This document shows positions 10,836 through 21,115 of a stretch of 49,658 bases of DNA, one piece after another. The stretch comes from Methanotrichaceae archaeon (GTDB lineage Archaea > Halobacteriota > Methanosarcinia > Methanotrichales > Methanotrichaceae). Position numbers and translations under genes: made by a program. The stretch covers positions 1-49,658 of the forward strand of contig CAWDLW010000004.1 in NCBI GenBank assembly GCA_963803145.1, given 5' to 3'. A model generated the notes under the pieces. That model worked only from the letters and a program-made list of their open reading frames with translations, searched no databases and had not been told where the DNA came from. Every line of letters starts with the position of its first letter. Within the stretch, counting starts at the first letter, position 1.

Positions 10836-11978
10836 TCACTTCCCGAAATATTCAGCAACCTTCTTTATGTGTTCCCTGATAGGAATTCCCTGAGTACAGA
10901 GCTCTTCACATTTGCCGCACTCTTGGCATTGAGACGCAAATCCCGAGTTCCCTCCAAACATGCCGCCGAGAGCGATCTTGTAATTAATTTTTGCGACTTC
11001 AGGGGCATCGAACATGCAAGCTGTATTGTACATCTCAAAGCATTCAGGAATACTGACGTTGGATGGGCACGGCATACAATATCTGCAGCCTGTGCAGGGA
11101 ACCTTGATCCTTTTCTTGTACTCGGCCTTGACCTCTTCGATGAGGTTGAGCTCCTCCTGTGAAAGCAAGTCAGGTAAACCCTTCGAAGCGAACGACACAT
11201 TTTGCACCACCTGTGGAAGAGCAGACATGCCCGAAAGAACAACTGTTACCTCGGGATGGTCCCATACCCATCGAAGCGCCCATTCGGAAAGGCTACGCTG
11301 AACTGGGGCTTTTTTCCATACCGCCGTGATTGAAGGTATATCCTTAGTAAGCATACCTCCTAAGAGCGGCTCCATAACAACAATGCCGAGCCCTTTATCG
11401 CTTGCATATCTCAGTCCTTCTGTACCTGCCTGGTACTCTTCGTTCATGAAATTGTACTGAATCTGGCAGAATGTCCAATCATAGGCATCTACGATCTCTT
11501 TGAACACCTCTACTTTATCATGGAATGAGAAACCAGCGTACTTTATCCGGCCATCAGATATGGCATCATCCAGGAACTCTGTAACCCCAAGCTGATAGAG
11601 GTTGTCCCAGAACGGTTTCACAAGCCCGTGGACCAGGTAGAAGTCGATATGATCAGTCCTCAGGCGCCGAAGCTGCTCTTTAAGGCATCTGTCCATATCC
11701 TTTCGCGATTTTATCATCCAGCTTGGAAGCTTTGTAGCCAGATTCACCTTCTCGCGATATCCGTCCTTGAGAGCATTCCCCAGAAACGGCTCACTCTCTC
11801 CGTTATGATAAGGATAGGCAGTATCAACGTAATTGACGCCCTTGTCAATTGCGTATCTCAGCATTTCAGCTGCCTGCTTCTGATCGATGTGGCCGTCCTT
11901 CTTGATAGGGAGGCGCATGCATCCGAACCCTAAGATCGAAAGCTCGGGCGTAACTTTGTTCATCTTTCTGTAGAGCAT
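10836..11978 (-). CDS. Aldo/keto reductase with C-terminal 4Fe-4S dicluster domain
   Basis: LGFGCMRLP, DTAYPY and LATK motifs; C-terminal CTGCRYCMPCP and CQECGKCEELC. Confidence 0.92.
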   Translation of the reverse strand: MLYRKMNKVTPELSILGFGCMRLPIKKDGHIDQKQAAEMLRYAIDKGVNYVDTAYPYHNGESEPFLGNALKDGYREKVNLATKLPSWMIKSRKDMDRCLKEQLRRLRTDHIDFYLVHGLVKPFWDNLYQLGVTEFLDDAISDGRIKYAGFSFHDKVEVFKEIVDAYDWTFCQIQYNFMNEEYQAGTEGLRYASDKGLGIVVMEPLLGGMLTKDIPSITAVWKKAPVQRSLSEWALRWVWDHPEVTVVLSGMSALPQVVQNVSFASKGLPDLLSQEELNLIEEVKAEYKKRIKVPCTGCRYCMPCPSNVSIPECFEMYNTACMFDAPEVAKINYKIALGGMFGGNSGFASQCQECGKCEELCTQGIPIREHIKKVAEYFGK

Positions 11979-12030
11979 GGTACCACACAGAATATTGATC
12001 TTTGAATTATACTTTTGACTTCTAGTTAAC

Positions 12031-12636
12031 TCAACGATCTTTCTGAGTCATCTTCTCTCGCAGCTCATCTATATTCAGCGGATTGAGCGGTTTGCAGATG
12101 ATCTCGCTAACTCGTAGATTTCTCATATGCTGGGTTGAGGCTGCCTGCATCACCAGAGCAGTATCAGACCCTCTGCCAGTCCCAGCTATCGCTATCACCT
12201 TCTCGCCGCTTGCAATGTGACCACCATCTGTAGCCATTAGAACTATCTCAAAGCATACTTTGACTCCCTGACAGAAGCAGCGCAGCAGGTTTGCCATAAT
12301 GGTTCCATTATTTGATCCATAAAAGTCATCAGTATGGAAGAGCATTGTGCCGAAGTGAACTTCATGTCCCGATTCTCTCAGGGTTTTTACTAGCTCCTGT
12401 GGAAATGCATTTGTGTCTCTATGAAAATCGAACTGATGAGGCACTATAATCAATTTGACCCCACTATCTTTAAAGAAGTCCATGGCCAATTTAGCCGTTG
12501 AGCCTGTAGTGGATGCAATTACTAGTTTCTTTATTCCTGAACCTTTTAGCCTTTCCTGAACCAGCCTGAAGACCGCCTCAGTATTCTCAGGCTTAATATC
12601 TTCAAAGTAGACTACCTTGCTTTCCATGATTACCAC
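12031..12636 (-). CDS. Pyruvate kinase C-terminal-like (alpha/beta) domain protein, archaeal stand-alone family
   Basis: VIASTTGSTA, QGVKVCFEIVLMATDGG and AIAGTGRGSDTA. Confidence 0.85.
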   Translation of the reverse strand: MVIMESKVVYFEDIKPENTEAVFRLVQERLKGSGIKKLVIASTTGSTAKLAMDFFKDSGVKLIIVPHQFDFHRDTNAFPQELVKTLRESGHEVHFGTMLFHTDDFYGSNNGTIMANLLRCFCQGVKVCFEIVLMATDGGHIASGEKVIAIAGTGRGSDTALVMQAASTQHMRNLRVSEIICKPLNPLNIDELREKMTQKDR

Positions 12637-12690
12637 AGAATTATGTAAGTTCTCTAAACTTTTATATATGCTTGGATGCTAATTTTACTA

Positions 12691-12882
12691 CTAACTTAGA
12701 AGACATAGAATTATCAGGTAATTGAGGAACTTTAGAGACTCAAGACATCCAACTATGGCCTCCTTTATGTTATCTAGAGCCTCCTCAATAGTATCTCCTT
12801 GAGAATGACAGCCGGACAGTGCTGGGCAGCTGACTATATAGCCTACTTCCTCTGCATCCTCCAGGATAACCTTGAATTTCAT
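12691..12882 (-). CDS. hicB: Type II TA HicB-family antitoxin
   Basis: MKFKVILE...GYIVSCPALSGCHSQGDTIEEALDNIKEAI. Confidence 0.88.
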   Translation of the reverse strand: MKFKVILEDAEEVGYIVSCPALSGCHSQGDTIEEALDNIKEAIVGCLESLKFLNYLIILCLLS

Positions 12883-13109
12883 GGATATATATGTCCCATC
12901 GCGGGATGAAAAAGCTTCCGAGCAGCCAGGAATTTCCAGAAAGCCTTATACGGCGAGATCTGAGAATATCCCGCAATCATCAGGGAAGCTTTTGGCTCTT
13001 TCGCTGGCCGAAAGGTCTTCCTTGACAAGCTCCTTATCAAGGCATTCTTCACTGAATTTGCGAAATGCCTTTAAGTTTTCAGCACAGAATAGCATTGGTT
13101 GATCAAGTC

Positions 13110-13211
13110 ATGGAAAAGCTGCACCTGCCAATTCTCATTGAAGTAGACGAGGACGGCCGATATATAGTTAGCTGCTCGCTCTCCAAGGGCTGTCACTCCT
13201 GGGGCGAATAG
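13110..13211 (+). pseudogene. hicB: Truncated second HicB-family antitoxin, cut at the IS end
   Basis: My translation is MEKLHLPILIEVDEDGRYIVSCSLSKGCHSWGE*. The stop falls within the IS terminal repeat, where 'TIEEAL' should follow. Confidence 0.75.
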
Positions 13212-14502
13212 TGCTAACACTTTTCTCATTTACCCCTCTTCGTGACCTACCAGGAAGGTATAGCCTTTTTTCCGATATTTAGAGAATTCGCTAAAGAAAC
13301 TAACTTTGTAGCTAAGAAAACTATTGGGACAACCTTTTTTTCGACACTAGGCTGTGTATATTGATGTATTTTGTTCAATCCTAAGGTATTTTTAGCTATA
13401 TTGAAGAAAACTTCTATTTCAAGCCTATAATACTTAAAACTCTTCCATTGATAGATTAAATTCTTAAATTCGTTAACAATATGAATCCATTTTTCTAATT
13501 TATATTTATTGTGAGAAAATGCATCTAAAGGCGGATTAAGTTCGTAAATTATTTGATCTAAATTGGTGTTATTCCTTGGATAAATAATCGGAATCAAGTA
13601 AAATTGATTGATTAACGCATGATAATTCTTTTTTGACGTAAAGCCTTTATCACAGATGATTAAATCGCCTGAATGTATTTTTCTTGAATTGAAAAGCCTT
13701 TCTACAAAAGGAATAAGTATTTTTGAATCATTAGGACAATCTTTATGAATTTCAAATCCAATAAGATTGTCATCAAGATCTATAGCCAAAATTAACTTAA
13801 ATCCTACGAAATAGCCTATGGGAGGGTAATAAGACCATTTATATTTTTTATTCTTCTTACCTATTTTATCCTTGTTTCTCCAAATATTAAGGTCAATTAC
13901 GATTGGAGAGGTATCAATAATTATAGTTCTTTGCTTTTTATCTCTTTTACGGCGTTCAGACTGGAATGTTTTGCTAAAAAAATGGAACAATGAGTCATAA
14001 CTTAAATCAAACATAGATTTATAGACTTTTTGCGCATTTATCGTTGAATCAATATCCAATAGCTTTTGTAACTCTAAATTCATATTTATTTCTGAAATTA
14101 TAGAGGAAATATCTCTTTCAAACAAGCTTGATAGGACTATAATTTTTATTGCTAATACGAAATTATCTATATCATATATTTTTAACTTGGATGCAATTTT
14201 CCTAGATCGCTGAGATCCGATAATTTCAAGTATTTTGAGCACTATTATCCATTTTGGGTGCTTATAATTAGGAATCAGAGGAGATAACATCAATAATACC
14301 TTCCTTTGGTGGTGCAACCTAGTTATAAGCGCCCAAATTACTTAAAATTAACTATTGAAAGTTTAATTCCAGATCAAATCAAGACCCATAATTTGTTTTC
14401 TAATCAAAGTTAAAATTTCTAAGTAAATTTAAATTAAATTGATAGAATTAGTTTGTTTTAAAGAGAGTTTGAAGAGGGGTAAAAAAGGATATTAGCGATA
14501 TT
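13207..14502 (-). mobile_element. AT-rich insertion sequence (~1.3 kb, DDE transposase, IS4/IS5-superfamily-like)
   Basis: Imperfect terminal inverted repeats: aatagtgctaa..tttacccctcttc (13207-13241) and gaagaggggtaaa..ttagcgatatt (14471-14502). GC content drops abruptly. Confidence 0.75.
13247..14290 (-). CDS. DDE transposase (DDE_Tnp_1-like)
   Basis: IIIDTS, GFKL, ND, ICDKGF and RLEIEVFF motifs. ATG at 14290 follows an aggaaggt RBS (ORF track starts at 14317). Confidence 0.88.
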   Translation of the reverse strand: MLSPLIPNYKHPKWIIVLKILEIIGSQRSRKIASKLKIYDIDNFVLAIKIIVLSSLFERDISSIISEINMNLELQKLLDIDSTINAQKVYKSMFDLSYDSLFHFFSKTFQSERRKRDKKQRTIIIDTSPIVIDLNIWRNKDKIGKKNKKYKWSYYPPIGYFVGFKLILAIDLDDNLIGFEIHKDCPNDSKILIPFVERLFNSRKIHSGDLIICDKGFTSKKNYHALINQFYLIPIIYPRNNTNLDQIIYELNPPLDAFSHNKYKLEKWIHIVNEFKNLIYQWKSFKYYRLEIEVFFNIAKNTLGLNKIHQYTQPSVEKKVVPIVFLATKLVSLANSLNIGKKAIPSW

Positions 14503-14542
14503 AATCGAAAATGTCATATGAGAATGTAGAATGTCAGATAAA

Positions 14543-14568
14543 AATTGCCTGGCCCGTTTTAGGCAATT
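14543..14568 (-). terminator. Hairpin plus T-tract downstream of the 14642 gene
   Basis: aattgcct-N10-aggcaatt, followed by Ts on the minus strand. Confidence 0.45.
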
Positions 14569-14641
14569 ACCAAGAAGCTCTTCAGCGATCTCGATAATTA
14601 AGCCGCTACGGGCCTAAAAGTATCCAGATACAAATAGAGTT

Positions 14642-14893
14642 TTACTTCTTTTCCATGCCTTCTAGCTGGCGCTGAAGCTCATCCCGGCGCTGCTTGATAT
14701 CGTCTTTGGAAGCCTGTGTTGTTGCTTTCTTCATATCATCATCGAGAGCCTGGAGCTGTCCTTTTACACTTCGCATCCTCTCTTCGCTGCTCCAATTCTC
14801 TTGCCCTGGTTGGCTCTTCTGTCCCATTCGGCTTTCTTCCATTCCAGACGATCTGCTCCCTTTTGCGGGCATGTTCTCTTTTCTCTCTTGCAT
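14642..14893 (-). CDS. Small hydrophilic coiled-coil hypothetical protein (start may be 14872)
   Basis: Highly charged Q/E/K/S-rich ORF with an AT-rich promoter region upstream. Confidence 0.6.
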   Translation of the reverse strand: MQERKENMPAKGSRSSGMEESRMGQKSQPGQENWSSEERMRSVKGQLQALDDDMKKATTQASKDDIKQRRDELQRQLEGMEKK

Positions 14894-15222
14894 ATACTTA
14901 GATATGTCCTTAACGTATATAAATATTGTTATATGTCCATTACTATAATCGGTCGCACAGCTATCGATTTATTCTATTCTTAAATAGATATCATTTCCAC
15001 TATTGTGGGTTTTTCTACGATATCATTGAATTTATGTAAATATTAGATTATTTTAACTACGCTAATTTAGCAGACTTTTGTCCTACCCAATGGTAAAAGG
15101 AATGCTTGCATTATCTCTATGTCGGACACGAGGATAGTTAAACTGCAGCACTCGGATACAAGCAACAGGAGTATTACGATAAAATAATGAAAAATCTGAA
15201 GCCCAATTGGGCTTCAATGCTC

Positions 15223-17316
15223 CTACCAGATTATCGGCCTCTGATCCTCTGGCCTGTACAGCTTATCTCCTGGCTTGATCTCCGGGAATGCCTTGTAGAA
15301 CTCCGGTATATTAAACAATGCACCATTGACTCTGAACCTACTGGGTGCGTGTGGATTTGTCTGCACCAATGTTCTCAGAAATTCGTTTCTTACGGACTCT
15401 CTCCATATCTGTGCATAGCCCAAGAAGAATCTCTGGTCGCCTGTAAAGCCATCGATCTTTTCAGGCTCTCCTTTTAGAGACATATGGTAAGCGTGGTAGG
15501 AGATAGTCAAGCCTCCGAAATCCGCGATATTCTCTCCCAGAGTCAAATTACCGTTGATATGAAGATCCGGCAGCGGCTTAAAATTACTGTACTCATCTAT
15601 TAGGATGCGAGTGCTATTGTTGAACTTATCCGCATCCTCCTTTGTCCACCAATCGGTCAGGTTTCCGTCTTTATCGTACTGTCTTCCCTGGTCATCGAAG
15701 CCATGAGTCATCTCATGTCCTATCACCGCTCCGATGGCGCCATAGTTGATGGCATCATCTGCATCTCTATTGAAGAAGGGAGGCTGCAGAATTCCTGCAG
15801 GGAAGATTATAGTGTTTTTCATCGGGTCATTGTAGGCATTTATCGTTTGAGGTGGCGTGAACCATAGGTCGCGGTCTACAGGCTCTCCTATTTTGTCCAT
15901 GCCGCTGTACCCATGATTGAACTCGAAGTTTCCAGCCCTAAGAACGTTCATCACATAGGAATCGTTCTTTATTTCGAGTCCTGAGAAATCTCTCCACTTG
16001 TCGGGATAGCCAACTTTCACATCCATAGTATCAAGCTTCTCCAGCGCCTTTTCCTTAGTGGAATTTCCCATCCAGGTTAGGTTTCTGAGACGAGATCTGA
16101 ATGCAGCCTTCAGGTTGCTCACAAGCTCTTTCATCCTTGCCTTGGACTCTGGATCAAAATATTTCCTAACATATGTCTGTCCGATTGGCTCACCAAGGAA
16201 TACGTTCTCGGTATCAAGAACTCTCTTCCAGCGTGGCTCCATCAGCTCCTGTCCATTTAGCTTTCTGTCATTGAAATCGAATGATTCGTTCTCAAAGTTG
16301 GAGCTAAGATATTGGGCTGTTGCCGATATCAATTTCCAGCGCAGGAAAGTCTTCCAATCTGCCACACTCTCATTTTGCATCATCGCTCCGAGTTCTTTGA
16401 TAAACGGCGGATTCAAGACATTAATCTCTTTGATCTCAGGATAGCCTAAATCTGCGGTGAACCTCTTCCAGTCAAATCCAGGAGCAAAGGCTGCAATCCC
16501 TTCCATGGTCATTCTATTGTATGTCTTGACTGGGTCTCTGTTCTCTACATTCGTAAAGGATGCGTTTGCAAGCCTCGTCTCCATTCTCATGATAGTCTGT
16601 GCGTTCTTTGAAGCGGCTTCTGGCGTATCACCGAGAAGAATGAACATCTTTGTTACGTGCTCTACATATTCCTTCCTTGTCTTTATTGAATCATTATCCT
16701 GCCTGAAGTAGTAATCTCTATCAGGCAGGCCGAGCCCGCTCTGGAAAAGAGTGGCCATCATCATTTTGGTGTTCTTAGGATCTGCATCGGCGTAGAATGA
16801 GAAGAAGGGGTCGATGATATAATAGCTGGTGAGATGCGCTGAGTCATTCTGAACATCTGAGATGGTCGAAATATTATCTATACGGATGAGTTCTTCTTTG
16901 AGGGATGAGATTCCCTGTCTGTCAAGCGTGGCATTATCTAGTCCTACGCGATAAAACTCGCCTATCTTTTGCTCTATGCTTCCCTTCTCAGCAGTAGTAT
17001 TGTTTGCTGCCTCTTCAACCAGCTCCCTGACCCGCTCATCTGTTTTATCTCCTACAATCACAAATTCACCGTAGCGGGGCTTATCGGAAGGCACTGGATG
17101 ATTCTTTATCCATGCTCCATCGACGTACTCATAAAAATCATCTCCAGGCTTTGCCGAAAGGTTCATGTTAGCAGGATCAAATGCTTTAGTGCTATTCTGG
17201 TCTTTAACTGAAACAGCATCTGATGTAGTCGCATGAGTGCTGGGAGCTATAAAAATTAACAAGATGAGCAGAATAAGGCTGAATGCATCCTGCTTCAAAC
17301 GCAGGGACATGATCAA
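15223..17316 (-). CDS. Secreted M13 family (neprilysin/PepO-like) zinc metallopeptidase
   Basis: Signal peptide, PGDDFYEY, INAY, GHEMTHGFDD, GENIAD and PHAP. Confidence 0.95.
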   Translation of the reverse strand: MIMSLRLKQDAFSLILLILLIFIAPSTHATTSDAVSVKDQNSTKAFDPANMNLSAKPGDDFYEYVDGAWIKNHPVPSDKPRYGEFVIVGDKTDERVRELVEEAANNTTAEKGSIEQKIGEFYRVGLDNATLDRQGISSLKEELIRIDNISTISDVQNDSAHLTSYYIIDPFFSFYADADPKNTKMMMATLFQSGLGLPDRDYYFRQDNDSIKTRKEYVEHVTKMFILLGDTPEAASKNAQTIMRMETRLANASFTNVENRDPVKTYNRMTMEGIAAFAPGFDWKRFTADLGYPEIKEINVLNPPFIKELGAMMQNESVADWKTFLRWKLISATAQYLSSNFENESFDFNDRKLNGQELMEPRWKRVLDTENVFLGEPIGQTYVRKYFDPESKARMKELVSNLKAAFRSRLRNLTWMGNSTKEKALEKLDTMDVKVGYPDKWRDFSGLEIKNDSYVMNVLRAGNFEFNHGYSGMDKIGEPVDRDLWFTPPQTINAYNDPMKNTIIFPAGILQPPFFNRDADDAINYGAIGAVIGHEMTHGFDDQGRQYDKDGNLTDWWTKEDADKFNNSTRILIDEYSNFKPLPDLHINGNLTLGENIADFGGLTISYHAYHMSLKGEPEKIDGFTGDQRFFLGYAQIWRESVRNEFLRTLVQTNPHAPSRFRVNGALFNIPEFYKAFPEIKPGDKLYRPEDQRPIIW

Positions 17317-17523
17317 TTTTACGCTAATTTTAATCCCCTCAATTACATCGATCTTCCGAATATTCCTGTGTTGGAAGGCCCATTTGGGGCTTTAATTATG
17401 TGGGAAGTTCATGCAAATATAAAATGGCTTTGCTGATTTATTCCTGGCCTGACGGCCGGTGTCTTTCGCACATTAGCGCTTCCCGATGAGATAAAATAGT
17501 CCAAAAATAAAGGTTCATGGAAT

Positions 17524-19074
17524 ATGATCTCCCTACAGTCCATTCCCCATTCCCCCGGATGCTACCTATTCAAGGATGTTGATGGAAGAGTTCTCTATGT
17601 TGGAAAGGCCAAAGACCTAAAAAAGCGTGTGAGCAGCTATTTCCAGAAGCTTGATCGTGAGGCGAAGACAGAAAACCTGATTCAGGCTGCGAAAGATTTA
17701 GACTTCATAATCACCAACACCGAGATAGAAGCATTCCTTTTGGAGAACACTCTGATCAAGAAGCACTTGCCTAGATACAACATCAAGCTCAAGGACTCAT
17801 CAAATTATGCTTATATCCACTTGACAAACGAGGCATTCCCACGAATCTGTATCTCTCGGAAGGCTACTGGAGATGGTGCTTTTTTTGGCCCATTTGTCTC
17901 TGCCCGTGAGAGAACATTCGTCTTCCATATTGTTCGCAAGACCTTTGGGCTTCGGACCTGCAGGCGTCTGCCAAAAAGAGCATGCCTCCGTTACCATTTA
18001 TGCGTATGCGGGGGGCCATGCATCGGAAAGATTTCCGAGTTCGATTACAGGGAAAGGGTGTTGAGGGCTGAGTCTGTTCTGAAGGGCAATATCGGCGAGC
18101 TAATGGAATCGCTTCATAATAAGATGAAGGAACTTGCCGAGAAGCAGGATTTCGAAGAAGCAATGGAGCTTCGGGATGAGATTGCGGCTCTGGAGAAGCT
18201 CCAAGAAAGGCAGAATGTTGAGCGGCAAAGGAAGTACGACCAGGATGTTTTGGCTTATGCTGTTGACGTAGAAAATGTCTACCTCATGCTCTTCAAGGTC
18301 TATAAGGGCACCTTAGAAGACAAGGAATCATTTATCTTTGCCAATAGCGATAACTTCTTAGAGGAGTTCCTTGTCCAGTATTATTCAGAGAATGAGCCTC
18401 CTGAAGAGATGATCATTTCTGAAGCCATTGATGAATCCCTTGTCGATTTTCTCTCACATATAAAAGGCAAGAAAGTTCATGTCACAGTCCCCAAGCAAGG
18501 CGAGAAGAAGGCGCTTTTGGATTTGGCTGCAAAGAACGTGGAAATCGGTTTCTTCGGAGATAGAAAAAAACTGGAGGCACTCCAGGAAGCCCTTAAGCTT
18601 CCGAGACTGCCGAACATCATCGAGTGCTTCGATATCTCTCACCTTGCCGGCACCTCCACTGTTGGATCCATGGTGCAGTTCAGAGGCGGGAGGCCTGATA
18701 AACATAATTATCGCCGCTTCAAGATTAGAAGCGTTGAAGGCATCGATGACTTTGCATCCATCGCCGAGGTAGTGCGCAGGCGCTATGCCAGGCTCAAGGA
18801 GGAACGCCATGAATTACCGGATCTAATATTAATCGATGGAGGAGAAGGGCAGCTATCCTCAGCCTCAAAAGAGCTCAGAGAACTGAGAGTTAAGGTCCCG
18901 GTAATTTCAATCGCCAAGGAGAATGAAGAGATTTATATCCCCGGGAGGTCCGAACCTATGCCTATAGGAAGAGATGAAAAGGCTTCGCTCTTTCTCCAGG
19001 AGATAAGGGATGAGGCTCATAGGTTTGCTATAAACTACAATCGCCTGCTCAGGCAGAAGGCGCTTACATTATGA
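17524..19074 (+). CDS. uvrC: Excinuclease ABC subunit C
   Basis: GIY-YIG domain (GCYLF...YVGKAKDL), UVR domain and RNase H-like domain (ECFDISH, IDGG). Confidence 0.96.
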   Translation: MISLQSIPHSPGCYLFKDVDGRVLYVGKAKDLKKRVSSYFQKLDREAKTENLIQAAKDLDFIITNTEIEAFLLENTLIKKHLPRYNIKLKDSSNYAYIHLTNEAFPRICISRKATGDGAFFGPFVSARERTFVFHIVRKTFGLRTCRRLPKRACLRYHLCVCGGPCIGKISEFDYRERVLRAESVLKGNIGELMESLHNKMKELAEKQDFEEAMELRDEIAALEKLQERQNVERQRKYDQDVLAYAVDVENVYLMLFKVYKGTLEDKESFIFANSDNFLEEFLVQYYSENEPPEEMIISEAIDESLVDFLSHIKGKKVHVTVPKQGEKKALLDLAAKNVEIGFFGDRKKLEALQEALKLPRLPNIIECFDISHLAGTSTVGSMVQFRGGRPDKHNYRRFKIRSVEGIDDFASIAEVVRRRYARLKEERHELPDLILIDGGEGQLSSASKELRELRVKVPVISIAKENEEIYIPGRSEPMPIGRDEKASLFLQEIRDEAHRFAINYNRLLRQKALTL

Positions 19075-21086
19075 TAACATCCTCAACATCTACAACGTCA
19101 ACAGCATCACCAGGCAAGATGAACCCTCGGCAGCCGCCGGACGGCTCCTCAGAACCGAAGTTCAATCTTTTTTCAGACTTCAAGCCTAAAGGCTCACAGC
19201 CTGAAGCCATTAAAAAACTAATTGAGGGCCTTAAAGAAGGCCAGAAACGCCAGACTCTCCTCGGAGTTACAGGCTCAGGCAAAACCTATACCATCGCCAA
19301 TGTCATTAACCAGATCCAAAAGCCGACTCTAGTAATCGCACACAACAAGACATTGGCTGCACAGCTTTACAATGAGTTCAAAGAGTTCTTCCCGGAAAAC
19401 AGGGTGGAATACTTCGTTTCATATTATGATTACTACCAGCCTGAGTCCTATATTCCATCAAAGGATCAGTATATCGAGAAGGATGCCTACATCAACCCCA
19501 AGATAGAGCAGATGAGGTTGGCAGCTACGGCTTCTCTGATGTCTCGAAAAGATGTTATCGTCGTGGCCTCAGTCTCCTGCATATACGGCCTTGGTAATCC
19601 TGAGACCTATGAGGGAATGGGCTTTGAGATGAAGGCCGGAGACCGAATATCGAGAAAAGAAATCCTGGGAAAGCTGGTCGATATCCTTTATGAGCGGAAT
19701 GATATTGAGCTTGCTCCAGGACGGTTTAGGGTTAAGGGAGACACCATCGACCTGATCCCGGGATACTTCAATGACATCATCAGAATCGAGTTATTCGGGG
19801 ATGAAATAGACCGAATCTTAGAGCTCGATAGGCTGACGGGAAAACAGAAGGAGAAACTGGATTATTTCTATGTCTACCCTGCCAGGCACTTTGTGATTCC
19901 GGAGGATGAGAAAAAGAGCGCCATACAATCGATCATGGCAGAGCTTGAAGAGCGTTTGCCTGAGCTGGGACTGATCGAGTCGCACCGGCTGAAGCAGCGC
20001 ACGCTTCACGATATGGAAATGATCGAAGAGACCGGGAGCTGCAAAGGAATCGAAAACTACTCTCGACATTTCGATCGCCGAAACGCGGGGGAGCCGCCAT
20101 ACTGCCTCCTGGACTACTTTCCAGACGACTTCCTGCTGGTAATCGATGAAAGCCACCAGACCCTCCCGCAGATACACGGAATGTACAATGGAGATCGATC
20201 GAGGAAGAAAAGCCTTGTGGATTACGGATTCCGCCTTCCCAGCGCCTATGATAACCGTCCGCTCCAGTTCGAGGAGTTTGAGCGATACATGAAGAATGTT
20301 ATCTTCGTATCGGCAACTCCTGGCGATTACGAGTTGGAATGTTCTGCCCAGGTTGTGGAGCAGGTCATCCGCCCCACAGGGCTTCTAGATCCGATTGTAG
20401 AGATCCGGCCTATCGATGGCCAGGTAAGGGATGTGATGCAGGAGATAGGTCAAGTCATCGCTAATGGAGACCGCGCCCTGGTGACTACCCTTACCAAGAG
20501 GCTTGCAGAGGAGCTGACGGACTATCTGGCGCAGAATGGCATCAAGGCCCGCTACCTGCACTCTGATATCGATACTCTGGAGCGAACAGAGATCATTCGT
20601 GAGCTTCGCCTTGGAAAGTTCGATGTGCTTGTAGGCATTAACCTGCTGCGTGAGGGGCTGGATATCCCCGAGGTTGGCTTCATAGGCATATTGGATGCAG
20701 ACAAAGAGGGCTTCCTTCGGAATGAAAAGAGCCTAATCCAGACTATAGGCAGGGCTTCAAGAAATGCAAACTCCACGGTTGTCCTTTATGCCGATAATAT
20801 AACCGGCTCCATCAAGGAGGCCATGGAGAAAACCGAGAGGAGACGGGCTCTGCAGATGGCCTATAACCAGGAACATGGGATTATACCTAGAACGATTAAG
20901 AAGCCTATAAGAGAAAAAGTCGTGGAGATAACCGATACAAAGCATATCCCGAAGTCCGATATACCGAACGTAATCATCGAGCTGGAGTCCGAAATGAAGG
21001 AGGCTGCGGAGAGACTGGAGTTTGAACGGGCGATTCATCTTAGGGATACTATTAGGAAGCTGGAGAAGGAGATTCGCGTGACCTAA
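19071..21086 (+). CDS. uvrB: Excinuclease ABC subunit B
   Basis: GVTGSGKT, YYDYYQPE, DESH and INLLREGLD; ATGA overlap with uvrC. Confidence 0.97.
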   Translation: MITSSTSTTSTASPGKMNPRQPPDGSSEPKFNLFSDFKPKGSQPEAIKKLIEGLKEGQKRQTLLGVTGSGKTYTIANVINQIQKPTLVIAHNKTLAAQLYNEFKEFFPENRVEYFVSYYDYYQPESYIPSKDQYIEKDAYINPKIEQMRLAATASLMSRKDVIVVASVSCIYGLGNPETYEGMGFEMKAGDRISRKEILGKLVDILYERNDIELAPGRFRVKGDTIDLIPGYFNDIIRIELFGDEIDRILELDRLTGKQKEKLDYFYVYPARHFVIPEDEKKSAIQSIMAELEERLPELGLIESHRLKQRTLHDMEMIEETGSCKGIENYSRHFDRRNAGEPPYCLLDYFPDDFLLVIDESHQTLPQIHGMYNGDRSRKKSLVDYGFRLPSAYDNRPLQFEEFERYMKNVIFVSATPGDYELECSAQVVEQVIRPTGLLDPIVEIRPIDGQVRDVMQEIGQVIANGDRALVTTLTKRLAEELTDYLAQNGIKARYLHSDIDTLERTEIIRELRLGKFDVLVGINLLREGLDIPEVGFIGILDADKEGFLRNEKSLIQTIGRASRNANSTVVLYADNITGSIKEAMEKTERRRALQMAYNQEHGIIPRTIKKPIREKVVEITDTKHIPKSDIPNVIIELESEMKEAAERLEFERAIHLRDTIRKLEKEIRVT

Positions 21087-21115
21087 AGATCTCTATAGGA
21101 AAACATTTCCTAAAA

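Noticed and set aside
12872-13102. ORFs between the two hicB genes (plus 12872-13102; minus 12946-13095) as a HicA toxin
   Set aside because: Neither shows the HicA GSH motif or dsRBD-like pattern.
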